A DNA stretch of 64,000 nucleotides, from positions 736,001-800,000 of the forward strand of contig CBDCXV010000011.1 in the NCBI GenBank assembly GCA_965223905.1, read 5' to 3'. Shown here piece by piece: positions 57,581 to 64,000 of the stretch. The translations under genes were made by a program, and so were the position numbers. The notes beneath the pieces are model-generated. The model worked only from the letters and a program-made list of their open reading frames with translations. It had not been told where the DNA came from and made no database searches. Source of the stretch: Candidatus Latescibacterota bacterium (lineage in GTDB: Bacteria > Latescibacterota > UBA2968 > UBA8231). Within the stretch, counting starts at the first letter, position 1; the number at the start of each line of letters is the position of its first letter.

Positions 57581-58110
57581 CCCTCGCCCTCCGGGTGCAG
57601 GTTCTTCTGGTAGAGGCCGACGCTGTAGAACTCGTACGAGGCGGCCTTGTCGGGAAAGTCGACGACGTGGACGGTGAAGCGTGCTGGCAGGCCGCACTCC
57701 GGCATCTGCTCGTGGAAAAAGCTGCTGTACGCCTGGGCGTATTCATTGTAAAGGCGCTGCTGTTCGTCGGCGAACCCCTGCGGATCCAGCACCGGATTAG
57801 GCGCCTTCGGCTGCGCGGCGAAAGCGTGCACCTCGATGAAATCAATCTTGGAAATTGAACCGCATATCCCGGCATCACGAAGCCATTTCTCCCAGCACCT
57901 GAACACCAGTTCCACCTCCACGGCCGGATTCATGGTATGGACCTCGTCGAGTCCCAGAATCCCCGTCGCGGAGTGACCACCGGTCAGGCCCGCAAAATGA
58001 ATTCTGAGATCGCCATTCCCCAGATCTTCGGTGACCAGAGCCGATAGAACCGGTTTTTCTCCACTATAGAAATAGGTAAGCTTGCCGCGCCGTTTTACTC
58101 GAAATGCCAT
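57577..58110 (-). CDS. Hypothetical protein, possibly RidA/YjgF-like fold
   Basis: C-terminal YSSFF...LPARFTVHVVDFP...YEF resembles the RidA PAR motif; operonic. Confidence 0.55.
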   Translation of the reverse strand: MAFRVKRRGKLTYFYSGEKPVLSALVTEDLGNGDLRIHFAGLTGGHSATGILGLDEVHTMNPAVEVELVFRCWEKWLRDAGICGSISKIDFIEVHAFAAQPKAPNPVLDPQGFADEQQRLYNEYAQAYSSFFHEQMPECGLPARFTVHVVDFPDKAASYEFYSVGLYQKNLHPEGEG

Positions 58111-58115
58111 CGGGT

Positions 58116-59324
58116 TCAGACCTCCATCCCGTCGATCACGCGATCGGCGATCGCCAGCGAACTGGTCGCTGCCGGAGAGGGTGCGTTGAGAATGTGCACG
58201 AAAGGACCCTCGCTGAGGATCTCGAAGTCTTTTGCGAGATCCCCGTTGGGGAACACCGCCTGTGCCCGGATTCCCGCGGGAGCGGGCACCAGCATTTCCG
58301 CCGCGACGGCGGGGATGAACTCCTGCAGTTCGCGGACGAACGCCGCCTTGCTCAGCGAACGGTACATCTCGGCCATTCCGACCTTGCGCCAGTGCCAGGC
58401 CATTCTCAAAAACCCCCGGTAGGTCACGGTTTCGAAGAAATCGCGAACATCGAAGTCCCAGAACTCGTACCCCTCGCGCGCAAAGGCGAGCACGGCATTC
58501 GGCCCGCACTCGCGACCTCCCCCTACCATGCGGGTGAAATGGACACCGAGAAAAGGCAGGTTGGGGTCGGGGACTGGGTAAATGAGATGGTTGCACAGAT
58601 GATGGGCTTCCGGTTTCAAGGCGTAATACTCACCCCTGAAGGGCAGGATCTTGGCTGGGGGAAGGCCTCCGGCTTTCTTGCAGAGGCGATCGCTGTGCAA
58701 ACCCGCGGCATTGACGACGAGGTCGCCGCGAAAATCCCCTGCATCCGTCGACACGATCTGCTGCTCCCCGTCACGATGGAAACCGGTCACCCTGGTAGCG
58801 AGGCGAACTTCCCCATCGGCTGCGGCTACCAACTCCGCCAGCCGATTGGCCACCCCCCGAAAATCAATGATGCCCGTGTCGTGAACGAGGATCGCCTGCG
58901 TACCCCGTACGTGAGGCTCGCGGTCCAGCAGGGCCTCACGTCCTATCAGCTCGCAGTTAACTCCGTTTTGTCGCGCGGTCAGAAACAGTCTTCGCAGCCT
59001 CTCCTCTTCGGACACTTCCTTGGCCACGATGACCTTGCCGCAGATTTCGTAGGGAATCCCCTGTTCGCGGGCAAACTCGGTCATCGACCGCAATCCCGCG
59101 CGGCAGAGGAGGGCCTTGGAGGAGTTCGGTTTGTAATAGGGAGCCGCGTGAAGCACCCCGCTGTTGCGCCCGGTCTGATGAAAGGCGAGCTCTTTCTCCT
59201 TCTCCAGAACGGTAACCCGAATGCCAGGAAAACGAACCAGCATCCGGTAAGCAATGGCGAGACCGACAATCCCCCCGCCAACGATGAGAATGTGGCAATT
59301 TATGGAAAGGGAAACCTTGTTCAA
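58116..59324 (-). CDS. lhgO: L-2-hydroxyglutarate oxidase
   Basis: GGGIVG, HQTGRNSGVLHA, PFRGEYY, LIYPVPDPNLPFLGVHFT, NAPSPAATSSL. Confidence 0.92.
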   Translation of the reverse strand: MNKVSLSINCHILIVGGGIVGLAIAYRMLVRFPGIRVTVLEKEKELAFHQTGRNSGVLHAAPYYKPNSSKALLCRAGLRSMTEFAREQGIPYEICGKVIVAKEVSEEERLRRLFLTARQNGVNCELIGREALLDREPHVRGTQAILVHDTGIIDFRGVANRLAELVAAADGEVRLATRVTGFHRDGEQQIVSTDAGDFRGDLVVNAAGLHSDRLCKKAGGLPPAKILPFRGEYYALKPEAHHLCNHLIYPVPDPNLPFLGVHFTRMVGGGRECGPNAVLAFAREGYEFWDFDVRDFFETVTYRGFLRMAWHWRKVGMAEMYRSLSKAAFVRELQEFIPAVAAEMLVPAPAGIRAQAVFPNGDLAKDFEILSEGPFVHILNAPSPAATSSLAIADRVIDGMEV

Positions 59325-59695
59325 CCAGACCTTGGTTCAGTAATATGATAAACCGGATCGCTAGCGGATGAGTTGCGAGCCCTTCTAGCGACGAGGTGAG
59401 GAGATGGTCCTCTGGTTGGTTTCAAAAACCGGACCGTTGAAAAAACGCGTGTAGGATCATTAAAATCAGATAATTGCGCAACTCCCGGACGGCGACCCTT
59501 CGGTGCACGCCACTTGCCTTCTTGCCAATGGGAGCCGCCCGCCAGTCGAGTGCTAACTGAAAGAGGCAGAATGGCTTACGACAATTTGATCAACCTCCCC
59601 GAATTGGTTTTCGGGGCGAATCTGGTGTGAAAAAGGGACCTTGCGTGCAAAATGCTGAAAAAACCAAAAAGTATGCAAGAATGCGCAAGATATGG

Positions 59696-59724
59696 TTGAC
59701 ATATTTTCAGGCACACTATATATT
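59696..59724 (+). promoter_or_regulatory. Sigma-70 promoter upstream of zapA
   Basis: TTGACA-N17-TATATT with AT-rich upstream sequence. Confidence 0.7.
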
Positions 59725-59756
59725 GTGATCCGCCACGTGGTAGTGCGCGCAACAGA

Positions 59757-59804
59757 GGGGGCTTCCGGGAGTAAGGGGAGATCGCGGAAGTCCCCCATTT
59801 TTTT
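59757..59804 (+). terminator. Intrinsic terminator between the promoter and zapA
   Basis: GGGGGCTTCCG/CGGAAGTCCCC 11-bp stem followed by T7. Confidence 0.6.
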
Positions 59805-59857
59805 GTAACACTCTCTGTCAATACCCTTCCGTGACCCCATTCCAGCCAAAAAACAGC

Positions 59858-60241
59858 ATGTCCAAAAAAGATGGTGTCCTAGTCCACATCTACGACTACC
59901 ACTTCCGCCTCGGAAGTGATTCCAGAGATCCCAAGTACATCGAGAAAGCCGCGGCCTATCTCGACGAAAAAATGCGCCGGGCTGCCGAGGAAGCGGGGAA
60001 AAGATCACCCTTTGAAATAGCGATTCTTGCCGCCATGGAGATCGCTGAAGAGGTGCTTGAGGAACGCGCCAAGACGGAGCGCATGCTCAACGAGGCGGAT
60101 GAACGCCTAAACACATTTACGGAGCGTCTGGAGAGCCAAAGCGGATCGACGGAAGAATCGGTTGGTCCGGAAGAATCCAGGCCCGAATCCGACCCGATCA
60201 TCCAAGACAATCCTTCAGGCGGATCAAGACCCCGTTTCTAA
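59858..60241 (+). CDS. zapA: Cell division protein ZapA
   Basis: VHIYDYHFRL...IEKAAAYLDEKM...IAILAAMEIAEE plus coiled coil. Confidence 0.88.
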   Translation: MSKKDGVLVHIYDYHFRLGSDSRDPKYIEKAAAYLDEKMRRAAEEAGKRSPFEIAILAAMEIAEEVLEERAKTERMLNEADERLNTFTERLESQSGSTEESVGPEESRPESDPIIQDNPSGGSRPRF

Positions 60242-60392
60242 TACTGGCTATTGGAGGATTCCTTCCGCCAATTTGGCGGGGTAGTACCTTCCGATTTCGT
60301 CTGTCTCCACCACCCATGACCATTGTTCCCCAGTTGCCGACTCCTGATCGGGAACTCGATCAGATACTCGTCATGTCCGTGGAACTCGAACT

Positions 60393-61210
60393 TTGATCAC
60401 AGCTGAACGGATCGACTCCTTCTCCATCGAGGGGTACCTCGTCATTCCTGATCTGCTGTCGCCTGCCGAAGTCGAGGACTGTTGCGCGGAGGTGGACAGA
60501 TTACATCAGGTCGCTTCGGAACTCAGGACGCTCGGGAATTTGGCGGGGAGCAGTTTTCAACCGGAACCTCATGCTCAGAGCGTTTTTCACGGCGACCGGG
60601 AAATCCCGGTGCTTCGAAAAATCGAAGACACGGGGACCCACTCGGACCTGTTCAAACAACTTGCCCGTCACCCAAGGGTGGTCAAAATCGCCCAGAGGTT
60701 GCTCAATTCCCCCGATCTCTTGCTATTCCGAAGTACGAAGTACCTTGATGCTCAAGCCTGCGTTTCACGGTTCTGCCCACGCACTGCATCAGGATTCTGC
60801 GTACTGGCCCCATCGATCCTCCTGCTCTCGTTACCGTGAGCATTGCCCTGACCGAGGCAACAGCGGATAACGGCTGCTTCAAGATCATCCCGCACAGTCA
60901 CGAATGGTGCCTTCAGGATTGGGGAAGAATCCTCCTCAGGCAGAACGAGTCTCTCACCGAGCGCGAAGATATCGACCTCGACACCCAGATCGACGTTCCT
61001 CTGGCTGCCGGTTCGGCGCTCTTCTTCCACAGTCTCCTGGTTCATGGTTCGGGACCGAACAGTTCCCCGAACGCCCGCAATACGGCACTTTACGCCTACT
61101 TTTCGCCCCATGTCCGCTATTGCCCCAAAACGGGACCAGCTGAGCGTTCCTTTCCTGTCGTCTCTGGCATTGGCGGATGCGAGGAGCACATCTTGGTTGC
61201 ATCGGTTTAA
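60393..61210 (+). pseudogene. Phytanoyl-CoA dioxygenase (PhyH) family, two frameshifts
   Basis: EGYLVIPDLL, HQDSAYW, NGCFKIIPHSH, LVHGSGPN...R spread over three frames; 7-bp duplication at 60729-60742 and an extra C near 60808. Confidence 0.88.
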
Positions 61211-61501
61211 GGGGCCAAGGTGCTGGTAGCAGGCTGGTATTCGCGGACAAATCAAGCGCGAGCAAGGGATGCATCCGGGACGGATGTAACAATCCTGGGC
61301 TCAACTCCGGGATCGGCAACGTCGAATGCCTGTCAGGACTGCCTTTCAGGCAGGACGCCTTGCAGATGCTTGGGTTGGGACGAGCTGTAAGAAGCGGATT
61401 CTGTATGCCGGGAGCAACGGATTCGGTACAAGGCGTCGTCAGGTCCGGGCAACAGTACGAAGCTGTGTATCTTGGGGCATGGGCAAGGGCAACCTCGCCC
61501 T

Positions 61502-61544
61502 GTTTTGAAGGAGGGATCGCGGAACTCGATCCCTCCTTCAAAAC
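61502..61544. terminator. Perfect 18-bp inverted repeat between convergent phyH and infC
   Basis: GTTTTGAAGGAGGGATCG-N7-CGATCCCTCCTTCAAAAC. Confidence 0.6.
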
Positions 61545-61638
61545 TGAGAGGCAATCGGAAAGGGGTCGGTAACGGAACTCTCTTCTCTCAGGATCTACAG
61601 GGGGATATCGCCGCCTTCCGAGCTGGCGAAACCAAGCG

Positions 61639-62160
61639 TTACAAAGGCCGCAAGATCATGGACATCTCGCGGCCTTCCATTTGCGGATGCTGGTGGACTA
61701 CGGCGACGTCGAGAAGTTTCTCCGCGACTTCCTGCATGACTTGCCGGCCGCGGTCGCGGTAGGCCACCTGACGGCCCAGGAAGCGCATGCTGATTTTCAC
61801 GAGGTTGCCCTTGCCGATGAACTCGCGAATGTGACCGAGCCGGTACTCCATGTCGTGCTCGCTGATGTTGGCGGTCTTGATTCTCACCGTCTTCATCTGC
61901 ACAGCCTGCCCCTTTTTTCGAGCCTCCTTGGCTTTTTTCTCTTTGTCGAAGCGGTATTTGCCGTAGTCCATGATACGGCAAACTGGCGGTCTGGCTTCCG
62001 GCGCGACCTCTACGAGATCGAGATCCGCTTCCTCCGCCATCGCCATCGCCTGTGATGTTCCCACGATGCCAACCTGAGTTCCGTCGGAATCAATCAGTCG
62101 AATCTCGGGGACCCGAATGGCGTCGTTGATTCTCGTAAATGACTGTTGCTGTTTGGCGAT
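61639..62160 (-). CDS. infC: Translation initiation factor IF-3, non-canonical ATC start
   Basis: RINDAIR...RLID, DLVEVAP..PPVCRIMDYGKY; AGGAGG followed 6 nt later by an in-frame ATC at 62160. Confidence 0.95.
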   Translation of the reverse strand: MAKQQQSFTRINDAIRVPEIRLIDSDGTQVGIVGTSQAMAMAEEADLDLVEVAPEARPPVCRIMDYGKYRFDKEKKAKEARKKGQAVQMKTVRIKTANISEHDMEYRLGHIREFIGKGNLVKISMRFLGRQVAYRDRGRQVMQEVAEKLLDVAVVHQHPQMEGREMSMILRPL

Positions 62161-62337
62161 AAGGTACCTCCTGCAGTTTGGGTTGTGACGTTTGGCAGGC
62201 CATGTCGACTCGCATTCAGATGCGATTTACCCGCAAATATAACCGCCTGCCCTCCGGGAGAAAAGGCGTGATCGGGCTGGTTTTCTGAGGTGTACCCCGT
62301 CAACTGGACAGTAAGTGGACTGAAATAAGGCACCTTT

Positions 62338-63447
62338 GGGGTATCCATTTAACTGGACCCACTCTTGATGGCCCGCCACGGTCGGTTCGCCCCCGGACGT
62401 TCCAAGCTCGCCGGGCGTCCACGTTGGGTCGGTGGTACGGGTCGTACTTTGCGGGGGCGCCGGCTGGCGACGAGATCCCGATAGCGCACCGGCGCGTGGC
62501 CGACAGCCAGCTCGAGCACGCGATAGAACACCCTACCCCGGCTGCGAGAGCGGCGGCGGTTGAAGCGGAACACGAACTCGTCGAGGTAGCTGATCAGGTG
62601 GGCGTCGTCGACGGAGCCCTGATGAGTCCCCAGGAGCCAACGCTTGGCCAACGAGGCTACGCGATGTACGGCGGGCAACAGCTTGTTGGGATCATCGCCA
62701 CGAGCGCGCTCGGCGCCCTGGCTGCGCCTTTCATGTTCGTAGCCGAGCTGCGCCAGTCCCTGATAGGCCGGCCAACCGTCGGTGATGATCGTCGAGCCGG
62801 GTTCAATGTGGTCGATCACGAAGCCGTGAAGGGACTGGGCCGACGCATCGGCCAGAGGCGAGATTCGGCAACGGCCAAGACCCTTTGGCTCCCGGAGCTC
62901 CACCGCGATTCCGGTCAGCACCTTCTTGCCTTTGGCGCGGCCTCCTGCCAGCCCTGGATCGACCCCGCCGATGTAGGTCTCGTCCACTTGGACCGCCCCG
63001 GTCAGCAACTCACGACCGGGGCGTACCAACACCGACCGCAGCCGGTGCAGCATCGCCCATGCGGTCTGATACGAGCCGATCTCCAGCACTCGTTTCAAGC
63101 TCAACGCCGAGATCCCGTCCTTGCCGGTGGCGAACAGCCAGCACGCGGTGAACCACACCGTCAAAGGCGTCCGGGTTCGGTCGAAGATCGTACCGGCGGT
63201 CACCGAACTCCGCGTTCGGCACGCCGAACACTTGAACCGGCCATCGCCCAGGTGCCAGCCGTCCTCGTGTGCGCACGCCGGACACAGGAAGCCGTCTGGC
63301 CACCGCAGCCATGCCAGGTAGTCCAAGCAGTCCGCATCGGTGGCGAACCAAGCCTGGAACTCGCCCACGGATCTGGGGTAATGTACCCCGGCGCGAGGAG
63401 GATCCATGCCTCATAAGCTACGATAGGTCCAGTTAAATGGATACCCC
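62338..63447 (-). mobile_element. IS1595-family element
   Basis: Perfect 22-bp IR GGGGTATCCATTTAACTGGACC (62338-62359 and 63426-63447). Confidence 0.92.
62349..63407 (-). CDS. IS1595-family transposase
   Basis: RWPDGFLCPAC Zn ribbon, SVTAGTIF, VDETYIGG, TDGWPAY, YLDEFVFRFNRR. Confidence 0.95.
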   Translation of the reverse strand: MDPPRAGVHYPRSVGEFQAWFATDADCLDYLAWLRWPDGFLCPACAHEDGWHLGDGRFKCSACRTRSSVTAGTIFDRTRTPLTVWFTACWLFATGKDGISALSLKRVLEIGSYQTAWAMLHRLRSVLVRPGRELLTGAVQVDETYIGGVDPGLAGGRAKGKKVLTGIAVELREPKGLGRCRISPLADASAQSLHGFVIDHIEPGSTIITDGWPAYQGLAQLGYEHERRSQGAERARGDDPNKLLPAVHRVASLAKRWLLGTHQGSVDDAHLISYLDEFVFRFNRRRSRSRGRVFYRVLELAVGHAPVRYRDLVASRRPRKVRPVPPTQRGRPASLERPGANRPWRAIKSGSS

Positions 63448-63589
63448 CAAAGGTGCCTTTCTCATGCTTCCTGGAACGGGGTTGTTTCCCGTACCGAGTA
63501 TCGGTACGGACTGGAGGATCGTTCTTCTCCACAGTGGCCATTTTGGCCTAACCGAGAGGGAGAATACCGGCACGGATGTGGGGGCCCCC

Positions 63590-64000
63590 TCAGACCGCCC
63601 GGTAAACCTGGACCGGCGTGGCATACCCCAACGCCTGGTGAAAGCGGTCCTGGTTATAGAAGTCGAAATAGCGATCCACCCCATGGCGGATCTCGGCCAC
63701 CGTCTCGTATCCCTTCAGGTAGATGTCTTCGTATTTGAGCGAACGCCACAAGCGCTCGATGAAGATGTTGTCCCAGCAGCGCCCGCGGCCGTCCATGCTC
63801 ATGCGCACCCCGGCTTCCTCGACCCGCTGGGTGAACTCGCTGCTGGTGAATTGCGATCCCTGGTCGGTGTTGAAAATCTCGGGCCGTCCCTGGGACAGCG
63901 CCTCGTCGAGCGCTTCCAGGCAGAAGGCCGCGTCCAGGGTGTTGGCCAGACGCCAGGAGAGCACGTAGCGAGAGAACCAGTCCATGACCGCCACCAGGTA
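63590..64000 (-). CDS. IS3-family transposase OrfB (partial)
   Basis: rve integrase core motifs. Confidence 0.93.
   Translation of the reverse strand, partial: YLVAVMDWFSRYVLSWRLANTLDAAFCLEALDEALSQGRPEIFNTDQGSQFTSSEFTQRVEEAGVRMSMDGRGRCWDNIFIERLWRSLKYEDIYLKGYETVAEIRHGVDRYFDFYNQDRFHQALGYATPVQVYRAV

Larger units (their letters stand above)
62286..64000 (-). mobile_element. IS3-family element (5' part outside the window) hosting an IS1595
   Basis: OrfB 63590 to window end (DWFSRYVL, FNTDQGSQFTS, DNIFIERLWRSLKYE); IS3-like end TGAGGTGTACCCC...TGGACA at 62286. Confidence 0.75.

Noticed and set aside
60242-60392. 6S RNA downstream of zapA
   Set aside because: No long rod with a central bubble could be identified by eye; needs a covariance-model search.

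Overview
GC-rich bacterial chromosome segment, with no taxon assigned from sequence alone. It has four parts. (1) 1-6.6 kb: housekeeping and regulatory genes (FmdB-type Zn-ribbon protein, TPR/periplasmic-binding protein, ClpX-like ATPase, sigma-54 activator). (2) 6597-14544: a 7948-bp cargo transposon inserted into rlmD, with an 8-bp target duplication, 34-bp terminal inverted repeats that each contain a perfect DnaA box, and one internal IS1-family transposase. It carries about 20 small ORFans and several candidate non-coding RNAs: two tandem pseudoknot units with the same topology but different sequence, a solitary type I-G-like CRISPR repeat with its own -10 box, a C4/CI-like switchable RNA, and a possible antisense sRNA. 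This is the best candidate for an undescribed system. (3) 15.1-44.8 kb, minus strand: the tRNA-rpmG-secE-nusG-rplKAJL-rpoBC-str-S10-spc-alpha supercluster. It lacks rplC (uL3), and RpoB has substitutions at rifampicin-pocket positions. (4) 44.9-64 kb: a chain of three IS630 elements joined at TA sites with a nested IS3, then greA, ygfZ, dinB, an ISKra4/ISLre2-like element, an lhgO/RidA-like/larA-like operon, zapA, a phyH pseudogene, infC with an ATC start, and an IS1595 nested in an IS3. All RNA structures were paired by eye and family assignments come from motif recall; no folding or database searches were run.
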